Positions 26,271-35,182 of a stretch of DNA of 64,000 nt are shown one piece after another (within the stretch, counting starts at the first letter, position 1; every line of letters begins with the position of its first letter). The DNA is from Bacteroidota bacterium. Its GTDB lineage: Bacteria > Bacteroidota > Ignavibacteria > UBA10030. A program made the translations under genes and the position numbers. Below the pieces are notes generated by a model that had not been told where the DNA came from, ran no database searches, and worked only from the letters and a program-made list of their open reading frames with translations. The stretch spans positions 7,245 to 71,244 of the forward strand of contig JBGFRR010000151.1 in the NCBI GenBank assembly GCA_041695045.1, given 5' to 3'.

Positions 26271-26398
26271 GCGACCTTGCGGTTCGACAGGGTCAGGCTC
26301 GACGATACTTTTTACAGCCAGAGACGATGATCAGTGTTGAGCAGATTGTGAGAATATATAGTCGAATTATAGGAGCCTCCTGAAAAAGTTGTGAATGA

Positions 26399-28738
26399 TT
26401 ATTCCGATGAACTGGAAACATTGATGCGTGCTATCGCATAGAATATTCGTCCCGGGACGGAAGAGAGCCGTTGCGGATCTTTCTTATTGAGAAGATTATC
26501 AACTCCAATCTGAAGCGAGATGAAATTCGTTATCTCTTGTATAACCGAAGCATTCCATAATGCATAACCGGGTGCATACTCAGTGTCGTCATCGAGTACG
26601 CCGTTAAGGTTGCGGTCTGCAAAGCCGTACCTGCCGCGAAGAACGCCCCGAAGGGAGATCGCGGTACCGGTTGCCGGATGCTCGTAGGCAAGCCTCACAA
26701 CGCCGGAATGAGCGGATCGATGAAACAGTCCACCATACTCCGCTTCCTGCACGGGGCGGATTCGGCCGGCGCTTCCCACTTTGAAAATCTCCCCAGCACG
26801 AATGCATTCGAGCGCTTCTTCATCCTTCGCTTCGAGGTACTGATAGCCAAGTGTGAAAGAAAAGCCTTTGATTCCTCGAACGGTCAATTCCGCCTCGATG
26901 CCCTGAGTGAAAATCTTGTTCAGATTAAAGTACGTGTAAACACTCTGACCGTTGGTCTTGAGAGCGACCGGATTGGCTTCGATGAGATCCCGAACGTTGT
27001 TTCTGAAAATGTTGAACGAAGCGAAACCGTCGAAGGGAAGAGTTATCTCTAACCCCGCGTTGTAGGAAATCGAATTTTCGGGGCGAATTGTTTCAAGACT
27101 CTGGGGATCGATCAAGATGGCTCGAATCTGTCCTTGTTCTTGTAGTCTGGCAATCAGTTCCTTGACACCAACTGATCCGAACACAGAATATCCGACACCC
27201 GGATTTGTGAAATCGAGGTACAATTGCTGAAAGGTCGGCGCTTTGAATCCGCTCCCCACTGATGCGCGAACGTGCAGCCACGTGAGCGGCTTCATCAATG
27301 CGGTAGCTTTCGGACTGAGCCGCGCTGCGTAATCACGATGAGCATCGTAGCGAGCGCTTACAATGAAATTGAACGCTGGTGTTGGAATCCATTCGACTTG
27401 AGCATAGGCGATTTTGCTGTCAGCCGCGCGTTTGCCTCCTTGAATTCTATCTGCTTCAAGGTGTTCGGCGATTGCGCCCGCACCGAGCGATACAAGCCAC
27501 CAGTTGGCGATGGGGATATCGGTTTGCGTTTCGGCCTTGTAGTAAGCTTGATCAAAGAGACTTCTGCTGTACACTCCTCCAGCGTGATAATCCAACTCAT
27601 TCTGTGTTTTATAGCTCGTTGCGAAGAGTTTGAGTGTTGTCTTGATGCCGCTCAGAAAACGATGTGAAATGCTGGGAGCGACGTTCCAATCGGTCAGCGT
27701 CGCCCGATTGTTGAGCAGGACTTGTTGATTGTTTTGGAAAACCGACACTTGGCTTTTCTGTTCGCTGTGGTACCATCGAGCGCTCACGGACGCCACGGTC
27801 TGTCCGCCGATGTTGAAATTCATCTTTGGACTCATCGTGTAATCGGTGTACGGTGCAACGGTTGGGCTTATTGTTGCAGGAGTGAGGTCATAACCGGCCG
27901 AGGATTTTCTGTTCACAAAGATCGAGCCGCTGAACCAATTGCCCGCGTGTTCGATTGTTCCGCTCAAGTCGTACGTGTCATAGCGCGCGGCTCTTCCTTC
28001 CAGAGAGCCAGACCACGGCTTACGAGGAACGGCAGTGATGATGTTGATGACGCCGGCGAGCGCTTCACTCCCATACAACGAAGAGATGGGGCCTTTGACA
28101 ATTTCAATGTGCTCCACATTTCCGACACTCACGCGGGAAAGCTCTAATGTTCCAGCTCTTCTGCCAATGAGAGGTTCGCCGTCGATCAGGATGAGCGTGT
28201 AGGCAGGGTCTAATCCTTGCACTTGAACTCCTGTGCCGTGGTCTTGAATCAAGGCCAAGCCTGGTTGTTCAGCAAAAATGGCTCGCAAGTCAGAGCCGCC
28301 GCAGAACCTGATTTCACGTTGCGGAATGACCGACGTTCGAATCGGTACATCTGCCAAATTCTTTTCTGTACGAGTTGCTGTGATGACAACAGGAGAGAAT
28401 TTGATCGTTTCCTCCGACAACACAATTTCGAATGTGTGGACCTCGCCTGCCTTCACTTCTATTTCTTTTGTTATCGTGCGGTAGCCGACGGAGCTAATTA
28501 CCACGGTGTGTTTTCCGGGTGGGACGTTGGTGAGGCGGAACCATCCGGTGTCTGATGTTGCTGTTCCGATTGTTGTTCCTTGAATGACGACGTTCGCTGC
28601 GACGAGCGGCGTTCCTCGTTCAGTCGTAACAGTACCGATAATCGTTCCAGAAAGCGATTGGGAGAGAACAACCGATTGTGTATAGAACACGAGAAGAGAG
28701 AGTGCCAACATACGAAACCCGCAGGCTGCGTTTATCAT
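26399..28738 (-). CDS. TonB-dependent receptor with N-terminal carboxypeptidase-regulatory-like domain (HmuR/BtuB-like)
   Basis: 779 aa. GTIIGTVTT..G.PL..ANVVIQGTTIGT.TSDTGWFRL matches CarbopepD_reg. A plug region (VVITATRTEKNLADVPIRTSVI) and a beta-barrel follow. Confidence 0.85.
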   Translation of the reverse strand: MINAACGFRMLALSLLVFYTQSVVLSQSLSGTIIGTVTTERGTPLVAANVVIQGTTIGTATSDTGWFRLTNVPPGKHTVVISSVGYRTITKEIEVKAGEVHTFEIVLSEETIKFSPVVITATRTEKNLADVPIRTSVIPQREIRFCGGSDLRAIFAEQPGLALIQDHGTGVQVQGLDPAYTLILIDGEPLIGRRAGTLELSRVSVGNVEHIEIVKGPISSLYGSEALAGVINIITAVPRKPWSGSLEGRAARYDTYDLSGTIEHAGNWFSGSIFVNRKSSAGYDLTPATISPTVAPYTDYTMSPKMNFNIGGQTVASVSARWYHSEQKSQVSVFQNNQQVLLNNRATLTDWNVAPSISHRFLSGIKTTLKLFATSYKTQNELDYHAGGVYSRSLFDQAYYKAETQTDIPIANWWLVSLGAGAIAEHLEADRIQGGKRAADSKIAYAQVEWIPTPAFNFIVSARYDAHRDYAARLSPKATALMKPLTWLHVRASVGSGFKAPTFQQLYLDFTNPGVGYSVFGSVGVKELIARLQEQGQIRAILIDPQSLETIRPENSISYNAGLEITLPFDGFASFNIFRNNVRDLIEANPVALKTNGQSVYTYFNLNKIFTQGIEAELTVRGIKGFSFTLGYQYLEAKDEEALECIRAGEIFKVGSAGRIRPVQEAEYGGLFHRSAHSGVVRLAYEHPATGTAISLRGVLRGRYGFADRNLNGVLDDDTEYAPGYALWNASVIQEITNFISLQIGVDNLLNKKDPQRLSSVPGRIFYAIARINVSSSSE

Positions 28739-28770
28739 ATTGCTTCTCCCGGTATTATTTTGTAGCTTGC

Positions 28771-28799
28771 AAAAGCAAAAAGGGCTGGGCTACCTGCCC
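28771..28799 (-). terminator. putative terminator of the phn-like transporter operon
   Basis: The minus strand reads GGGCAGGTAGCCCAGCCC followed by TTTTTGCTTTT. A second 12-bp hairpin lies just upstream on that strand (28817-28855). Confidence 0.4.
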
Positions 28800-28904
28800 G
28801 GTTCTTTTCTGCACCCGGTGTGTCACCCCCTCGCCAAAGGTTTGGGTGACGCACCTTTTTTATTCTTCCCGAACTGCGGTTACAGACTCAGGTCGCGTTC
28901 CAAA

Positions 28905-29699
28905 TCACACAATTTTTTTTCTCAGGTACAAACTCGCACCATCGATGATGATGACGGTGGGAAGCGTTATGAGAATGACCGTCGCGGCCATATCGTACTG
29001 GAACGACCGCATATAATGGAGGAGATAGAACCCAATCCCCCCCGCACCGACGATGCCCAATACCGTTGCCGCGCGCACATTGTACTCAAAAATGTAAAGC
29101 GCATAGCCTAAGAAGTGCGGTGCCACCTGCGGCAACACCCCGTAGCGCCACACGCTCACCCGCGACGCCCCCGTTGACCGCACGGCTTCGACCTGCGATG
29201 TGTCGACTGCTTCAATGGCTTCATAGAATAATTTGCTGACAAAGCCGACGGTGTACATTGCCGTCGCGAGAATGCCGGGAAACGGCCCAAGCCCAACGGC
29301 AGCAACGAACAACAGCGCCCAGACAATAATCGGGATGGTGCGGATGACCGTGAGAAGCGAGCGGAAGGGAATGGTGAGCCACACGGGACTCACGTTGCGC
29401 GCTGCAAGGAAGCTCGGAAGGAACGCAAGGATGAGACCGATGAGCGAGCCGAGGAAAGCGATCTGAACGGTCTCAACGAGCGACTTCCACGCCGGGCCCG
29501 CCGCAGCAGTGTTGGGAGGAAACATTCCCGCCAGGAATTCCGCCATGTTCGACACGCCCATCAACAGTGCGGAAATGCTGAAGCCTGTTCCGCTTGCTGC
29601 CCAGATAAAAAGTACTACTAACACAGCGAGCACCAACAGCTTACGCACGGGGGTAATGGTCCACAATGTCGCCACCTCCGAAGATAGTTTCCAGCGCAT
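28905..29699 (-). CDS. phnE: phosphonate/phosphite-type ABC transporter permease
   Basis: VEAVRSTGASRVSVWRYGVLPQVAPHFLGYALYIFEYNVRAATVLGIVGAGGIGF is the PhnE signature. ATG 29699 was chosen; the ORF stays open to 29756. Confidence 0.8.
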   Translation of the reverse strand: MRWKLSSEVATLWTITPVRKLLVLAVLVVLFIWAASGTGFSISALLMGVSNMAEFLAGMFPPNTAAAGPAWKSLVETVQIAFLGSLIGLILAFLPSFLAARNVSPVWLTIPFRSLLTVIRTIPIIVWALLFVAAVGLGPFPGILATAMYTVGFVSKLFYEAIEAVDTSQVEAVRSTGASRVSVWRYGVLPQVAPHFLGYALYIFEYNVRAATVLGIVGAGGIGFYLLHYMRSFQYDMAATVILITLPTVIIIDGASLYLRKKIV

Positions 29700-30471
29700 G
29701 GTCGTTGAGAGTCGAGGTTGGTCCGTCGAACACAATGCGTCCATGACGAATGCCAATCACACGCGTACAGTATTGACGTACATGGTCAAGGTCGTGGAGC
29801 GAAATGAGCAGTGTGAACTGCAGCTCCTTTTGTAACGTAGCGAGCAGATCAAGAATGCTGTACGACGTACGGTTATCGAGGCTCGCGACCGGTTCGTCCG
29901 CGAGCAGCAGCTCATGCTCTTGCATCAACGCACGGGCAATGGCCACGCGCTGCTTCTGGCCGCTGCTCAACTGCGCCACGCGACGATGCTCAAGACCGCG
30001 CAATCCGACGGCGTCGATGTACCGCAGGGCGCGCTGCCGATCCTCGTTGGGAAAGATGCCAAACAATCCTCTCCATCCTCCCACGCGGCCGAGACTGCCG
30101 ATCAACACGTTTGTTAACACGGGTAGCCGTTGAGCAAGCGAAAACTCTTGAAATACCATCGACACATGCGGATGCGTTGTGTCCCCCAACGATACGGCGC
30201 CGTTCAACCCACGCAGATTGATGGTACGCGTTCCTCGCGCAACAGGTAAGAGACCGTTGATGGTTTTGAGCAGCGTGGATTTGCCGGAGCCGCTCGGACT
30301 GATGAGGGCAACGCGCTCACCGCGATGAAGTTTGAGCGAGACATCGCGAAGCGCATCGGGGTGATTGGGGTAATCCACATACACCCCGTCCAACACAATC
30401 ATTGGAGGTGGGACCGCTTGTTCCAGCGGAATAATCCGCCCCATCGGTTCCATCTTGCCCGATCCACTCAT
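29641..30471 (-). CDS. phnC: phosphonate-type ABC transporter ATP-binding protein
   Basis: Walker A (SPSGSGKST), ABC signature (LSSGQKQRVAIARAL) and Walker B (LLLADEP) are present. ATGA overlap with phnD. Confidence 0.85.
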   Translation of the reverse strand: MSGSGKMEPMGRIIPLEQAVPPPMIVLDGVYVDYPNHPDALRDVSLKLHRGERVALISPSGSGKSTLLKTINGLLPVARGTRTINLRGLNGAVSLGDTTHPHVSMVFQEFSLAQRLPVLTNVLIGSLGRVGGWRGLFGIFPNEDRQRALRYIDAVGLRGLEHRRVAQLSSGQKQRVAIARALMQEHELLLADEPVASLDNRTSYSILDLLATLQKELQFTLLISLHDLDHVRQYCTRVIGIRHGRIVFDGPTSTLNDHALETIFGGGDIVDHYPRA

Positions 30472-31403
30472 GGTCGCTGCGCCGCCTTGTATTGATAACC
30501 GGTGAGCTGCTCAGCCCGGTAGACATGGGATACGTGTTCTTCGTGCGTTACTGGCGCGAAGGCGTCAGCACCGTACAGCTTTTTGAGGAGCGCCTTATCC
30601 TGTTCGCTCGAATAACTCAACAGTGCGGCCTTCAACGTTTCGACAAACTCGCGCGATAGCGAGGGATGAACGACAACGCTGTGTGTGGGGATGGGACCTT
30701 GGCGAGCGACGATCTTCACGCGTGCTCGCTGCGCAGGGGTCAGGTACAATTCATACGCACCTTCCGAGGCGGCGCCCGCATCGACATGGCCCCGCGCGAT
30801 GGCTTGCAGCGTAGCCTCGTATCCACCCGAATACAAAATCTCGCCGAAGAATGACTTCGGGTCAGCCTGTCCATCCTTTAATGAGCCTTCTTCCACGAGC
30901 TTTGCAACGGGGAACAGATAGCCGGAGGAGGAGAGGGGGCTGGAGAATGCGACTTTCTTGCCGCGCAAGTCGGCTAACGTGTTGATATTCGCGTCTGCGC
31001 GAACGTACCAACAACTGTAATAGTATGTTTTGCCGTTACGGACTTCGGCGAGAATGAACCGTGCGCCGGCAACGCGGTTGGCCATCACGCCCGGCCAGCT
31101 CGGGACGAACGCAACCTGCGCGTGGTTAAAGCGCAGCGCTTCGACCGCAGCGGCGAAGTCGTTCGGCACGTAGACCTTTACCGGAATGCCAAGACGCCGC
31201 GAAAGGTCGGCGGCCATCTTTTCCGCATCGGGCAAAAAGGTGCTGATGTCGTTTTGCGGGAGAAAGGCAATCGTCAGCTCCTTCGGTGTTTGACCGAACG
31301 ACCCCGTCGTCGTGAACGCCATCAGCACGAGAACGGCAACGGCCTTGAAGAGCACCGATGATAAGAAATGAACTCGTTGAGATGAAAACGTCTGGTGGAA
31401 CAT
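30468..31403 (-). CDS. phnD: PhnD-family periplasmic substrate-binding protein
   Basis: ATG 31403 lies 7 nt after GGAGGAG. A signal peptide is followed by LTIAFLPQNDIS...AQVAFVPSW...GYLFP...G.VDAGA. Confidence 0.8.
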   Translation of the reverse strand: MFHQTFSSQRVHFLSSVLFKAVAVLVLMAFTTTGSFGQTPKELTIAFLPQNDISTFLPDAEKMAADLSRRLGIPVKVYVPNDFAAAVEALRFNHAQVAFVPSWPGVMANRVAGARFILAEVRNGKTYYYSCWYVRADANINTLADLRGKKVAFSSPLSSSGYLFPVAKLVEEGSLKDGQADPKSFFGEILYSGGYEATLQAIARGHVDAGAASEGAYELYLTPAQRARVKIVARQGPIPTHSVVVHPSLSREFVETLKAALLSYSSEQDKALLKKLYGADAFAPVTHEEHVSHVYRAEQLTGYQYKAAQRP

Positions 31404-31516
31404 CCAACACTCCTCCTTATATGGAAGAAATCTATCTGTGCTATAACGCGGTGTGCTTGTGAAGAACGTCACGCGGCGAACCATGCAAGCCCCACCGCAC
31501 CTGCTGCGTCCGCGAT

Positions 31517-31852
31517 TCACGCGCGGATCATCGTCAAAAGCATCTTCGACGGCACGCGTGCATACAATGCATGAGGCACATTGGCAGGCAGCAGGATGAG
31601 TTGGCCTGCTGCCACCACGTGTTTATCTGTTGCAATGCTGATATCCAGCTCGCCCTCGAGCACCTGCACCAGCGCGTCGTAGGGCGCGGTATGTTCGCTC
31701 AAACTCTCCCCAGTGTCGAAGGCGAACAACGTTACCGTGCCGACGGGTTTGTTCAGCAGCGTACGGCTGACCACCGCGCCCGGCTGAACAACAATCAGCT
31801 CTGCCAACTTATGCGGCCTGCTTGTCAGGTCCGGTGATGTATTACGTTCCAT
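31517..31852 (-). CDS. cupin domain protein
   Basis: GESLSEHTAPYDALVQVLEGELDI....AGQLILLPANVPHAL matches the two cupin motifs. Confidence 0.7.
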   Translation of the reverse strand: MERNTSPDLTSRPHKLAELIVVQPGAVVSRTLLNKPVGTVTLFAFDTGESLSEHTAPYDALVQVLEGELDISIATDKHVVAAGQLILLPANVPHALYARVPSKMLLTMIRA

Positions 31853-32357
31853 GACCACGTTGTGGGGACTCCATTGCGGCTGTGAGGCGGCCACCCCTCA
31901 CCGTGGCGCCGATCACGAGGCCCGCGCTGACGAGCACCAGGTTCTTAATAATGTACTGCCCTTCCAGCGTCGGCGCGAAGGGAATGGACGTGAAGCATGC
32001 CTCTGGGAACAGCACCAGCGGCGTCACCGTGCCGAGCATCTGCAGCCACAGCAGGAAGAGCGTGGCGCGGAGCCAGACGCCGGAGAGCAGGCCGATCCCT
32101 ATCAGCGACTCCCAGGTGGCGAGGATGGGCACCGCTGCCTGAGGGGAGAGCACGCCGAACGAAAGCACGACAATAGTGTTGCCCGCCAGGTGCTCGGCAG
32201 GGCTGAGGCCGGGGAAGAACTTGAGTATCCCGAACCAGAGGAAGATCGCCCCAAGACTCAGACGCAGGAGATAGACGCCATTGGCGGACATCCATCTGGT
32301 GAGATGAGCGTCGAGTCGATCAAACGATTGCCAAACGACATTGCGGGCATCCGTCAT
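31842..32357 (-). CDS. DoxX/DUF417-like membrane protein
   Basis: 171 aa with 4 TM segments. LRLSLGAIFLWFGILKFFP is typical of the family. Confidence 0.6.
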   Translation of the reverse strand: MTDARNVVWQSFDRLDAHLTRWMSANGVYLLRLSLGAIFLWFGILKFFPGLSPAEHLAGNTIVVLSFGVLSPQAAVPILATWESLIGIGLLSGVWLRATLFLLWLQMLGTVTPLVLFPEACFTSIPFAPTLEGQYIIKNLVLVSAGLVIGATVRGGRLTAAMESPQRGHGT

Positions 32358-32525
32358 GAATCCATCCTTTCGAGTTCATTACTCATGGTTTCACCGCAAC
32401 GATGGCAACAGCACTCGGGTGATTTCTGTTTGTTCCGTTATTGTGCGTTCCCTACTCTTCGTTCGCGTTGCGGGAGACGGGACTTCGTCCACTTGAGACC
32501 GAAGTGCGCGCTCTCAGTGCATGTT

Positions 32526-34910
32526 TCAAAACGCGTATTTGGCCCCCACGTGCATCAGCCTCGGGCTGCCCACTTGAATGCCGCGAGTACGATCCACAAT
32601 GTAGGTTTTATCAGCAAGATTTTTCACGGTGATGAAAAACGTTGTCTGCGCGAGCTCGAGGTGATAATTGAGCGCCACGTTCCAAATCGTATAGGCCTGA
32701 AGCTTGCCGCGCTGACCATCGGTCGTGGGCGTTATGGTGTTGGCGAAGTCCGCGAACTGCTCGGAGACGTGCACGCCTTCCAACTGAGCGTCGAATCCGC
32801 CCACGCGATAGCCTGCAGCGGCAGTGAGCAGATGTTTCGGAGTGTAGGGATGACGATTTCCGGCTGCGCTGCCAGCGATCACCGCCCCGCCCACTACTTG
32901 GTGAAAGGGGGTAATCTGCTCGGCATCAGGCAACCAGGTGTAGGCGCCGTTGAAGAAAAGTCCGCTTTCGAGGCTGTAGTGGCCGGACAGTTCCACGCCT
33001 TGGAACAGTGCCTCGCCCTGCGCGAGCGGAGTGGTACCTGCGGCGATTGAACCCACGGCGATCAGGCGTTTGAAATCGTTGCGGAAAAGAGTAACCTGAA
33101 CCAAGCTTCCTTCGGTAGGTTGCATGCGTGCGCCAAGCTCCCAGTTGGTTGATTCCTCTGCATCGACGTCAGTAGCCGTACCAACGAGAGCGATGATGTC
33201 TTCGGTGCGAGGCGGGGCGAAACCGCGATGTACGCCGGCAAAGACCGTAAGGGTCGTGGCAGGGTTCCATGTCGCGCCCAAACTGGGAACCCATTTGCCT
33301 AATTTGTCCGAACCAGCGAGGCCACCTGGAAGCTGGTTGGTGCGCGACGAAACGATGTGCTCATAGCGGAGACCAGGAGTGACGGACCAGTCGCCGAGGA
33401 GGAAGCGATGAACCAGGAAGGCGGAATAGGCTTTGGTTTCGCGCAGATTATCCTCCACCACTGCGCCGGTTCGCGCCGTCGGAGCTACACCATTTATTTG
33501 TTTACGATCCTGGTTTTCAAAATGCGCCTTGACGCCGACTTGGAGCTTACCACTTACCCCAAAAGCCGAATGCAAAAACTTCAGCCGTGGTTCGATGCCC
33601 CAGGTGGTGTACTTGCGCAGCCTGCCCTGGTTCGAGTTGAGAGTGTCCGGGTTAACCTGCCTACCTGCAAGACGGGCATCACGAAACCTAGTGCCGGCCG
33701 CTCCGCCTTGAGCATCGGTGGTCGTGCTCGATTGACGCCACCAGTCGCGGTCGAAATGGGAGTAGTAGAGGTTGGTGGTCAGCAAGGCGTTCTCGCTCAA
33801 CTGCAGATTATGAGTGGCGGAAGTACCATAGCGCTTGATGTCGAAGCGGTCGTTCTTGAATGGATTATAGCGCGGACCGAAGTTGCGGAACTCAGCCTCC
33901 GTGAGCCCGCTATAGGTTACAATAGATTTTTCGGTGAATACATTGGCACGCAACGTAAGTGCTTGGCTTCCGCCCATTCCTACTACCGCCTTGAAGTTCA
34001 AATCGTTCAGCTGCGAATGAGTATTGTCGCGTGCGCCGTCCCCCTGTTTGCGGGTATAGTCCAGCATCATGCGATGACTACCCAGCCGGACCTTGCCGTG
34101 GAAATGGTCGCGCGTGCCGATGGTGACGGAGGCAAAACCGCCGAGCGCATCCGGCGGCGCCGGCGTGATATAGTTGATGATGCCGCCGATCGTTTGCGGC
34201 CCAAACAGGATCTGTCCCGCGCCTTTCAGTAATTCGATGCGCTCGAAGCGGTCGATGGGTGGGTGGAAGTAGCTTGCATTGTCGCCATAAGGCGCGTAGG
34301 CGAGCGGAACGCCGTCTTCGAGCAGCGTAACTTTCGTAGTACGGGTGGGATTGAGGCCGCGAATACTGATATTGGGTCTCAATCCGAAACCCTCTTCATC
34401 GCGCACATTCACCCCCGGAAGCTTGCGTATCGCTTCGTTGACGGTAAACGGGCGGCTGGTTTCTAGCGTGCGCCGACTCAGCACGTTGGCGCTGCCGGGA
34501 ATATTCATGATTACCGCAGGGTGTAAACCCACGATTTCAACGAGGGGCAAATCGACCGGACGCGCTGTGAGCACAACGTCGAGCGATGCGACTTCACCAT
34601 CGCGCACTGTCACGGTGTAGCTTGCTTCAGCATAACCGAGCATGGTGATCTGAACGGTGTAGGTCCCGACAGGAAGATTGGGGATCACAAACCCTCCGGC
34701 CTCATTCGTTGATGTCCCGAAGCGCGTCCCGACAACAACGATGTTGGCGCCGACGAGTGGCTGGTTGGTTTCCTTCGCGAGAACTTGACCGCGCAAGCCC
34801 CCCGTAAGGATTGATTCGGATGGCTGGCTCACCACAGTGGCCACAAAGAGGGCAAGCAATGCCATGCAGGAGAAGAAGCGGGAAATGTGGTTCATCATAA
34901 CATACCTCAA
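32526..34910 (-). CDS. TonB-dependent (siderophore-type) receptor with CarbopepD_reg domain
   Basis: 794 aa with a signal peptide. The plug region reads VEIVG...NVLSRRTLE, and the barrel ends in ...VGAKYAF. Confidence 0.85.
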   Translation of the reverse strand: MRYVMMNHISRFFSCMALLALFVATVVSQPSESILTGGLRGQVLAKETNQPLVGANIVVVGTRFGTSTNEAGGFVIPNLPVGTYTVQITMLGYAEASYTVTVRDGEVASLDVVLTARPVDLPLVEIVGLHPAVIMNIPGSANVLSRRTLETSRPFTVNEAIRKLPGVNVRDEEGFGLRPNISIRGLNPTRTTKVTLLEDGVPLAYAPYGDNASYFHPPIDRFERIELLKGAGQILFGPQTIGGIINYITPAPPDALGGFASVTIGTRDHFHGKVRLGSHRMMLDYTRKQGDGARDNTHSQLNDLNFKAVVGMGGSQALTLRANVFTEKSIVTYSGLTEAEFRNFGPRYNPFKNDRFDIKRYGTSATHNLQLSENALLTTNLYYSHFDRDWWRQSSTTTDAQGGAAGTRFRDARLAGRQVNPDTLNSNQGRLRKYTTWGIEPRLKFLHSAFGVSGKLQVGVKAHFENQDRKQINGVAPTARTGAVVEDNLRETKAYSAFLVHRFLLGDWSVTPGLRYEHIVSSRTNQLPGGLAGSDKLGKWVPSLGATWNPATTLTVFAGVHRGFAPPRTEDIIALVGTATDVDAEESTNWELGARMQPTEGSLVQVTLFRNDFKRLIAVGSIAAGTTPLAQGEALFQGVELSGHYSLESGLFFNGAYTWLPDAEQITPFHQVVGGAVIAGSAAGNRHPYTPKHLLTAAAGYRVGGFDAQLEGVHVSEQFADFANTITPTTDGQRGKLQAYTIWNVALNYHLELAQTTFFITVKNLADKTYIVDRTRGIQVGSPRLMHVGAKYAF

Positions 34911-35039
34911 GAGAAAGTGATGTTGGTGAGAGAAACAGGCCGAGCTTCAAAGACCCATCCCTTTTCTCGTAAAGACCTCAAGAAGAATCTTGTTGAATGG
35001 GATGGGAAGAATTCCCATTATCAGTTTGCCAGCCTGAAG

Positions 35040-35088
35040 ACTAATCCGACTAACTTAGTCCAAGTTCAAAACCGGACTAAGTTAGTCC
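35040..35088. promoter_or_regulatory. paired palindromic operator-like sites GACTAA-N-TTAGTC (x2) plus an extra GACTAA half-site
   Basis: gactaacttagtc (35049-35061) and gactaagttagtc (35076-35088) have centres 27 bp apart. A third half-site lies at 35040-35045. All sit in the divergent region between the TonB receptor and the SDR gene. Confidence 0.45.
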
Positions 35089-35182
35089 GATAAGAGAAAG
35101 ATGTCAAGAGCAAAAGTTGAAAAATGGCTGAAAAAACGCATATTTGAGAACGATTACTATTACTAATTCTGAAGGACGACCT

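Noticed and set aside
28739-28904. Possible cobalamin riboswitch in the leader of the TonB-dependent receptor
   Set aside because: A B12-box-like string (GGGCTGGGCTACCTGCCCGG) exists, but it is on the wrong (plus) strand. The minus-strand leader has GGGAAG and GGTGCG but lacks the ordered conserved core (CCGC.ACTGT followed by the B12 box). The hairpins are better explained as terminators.
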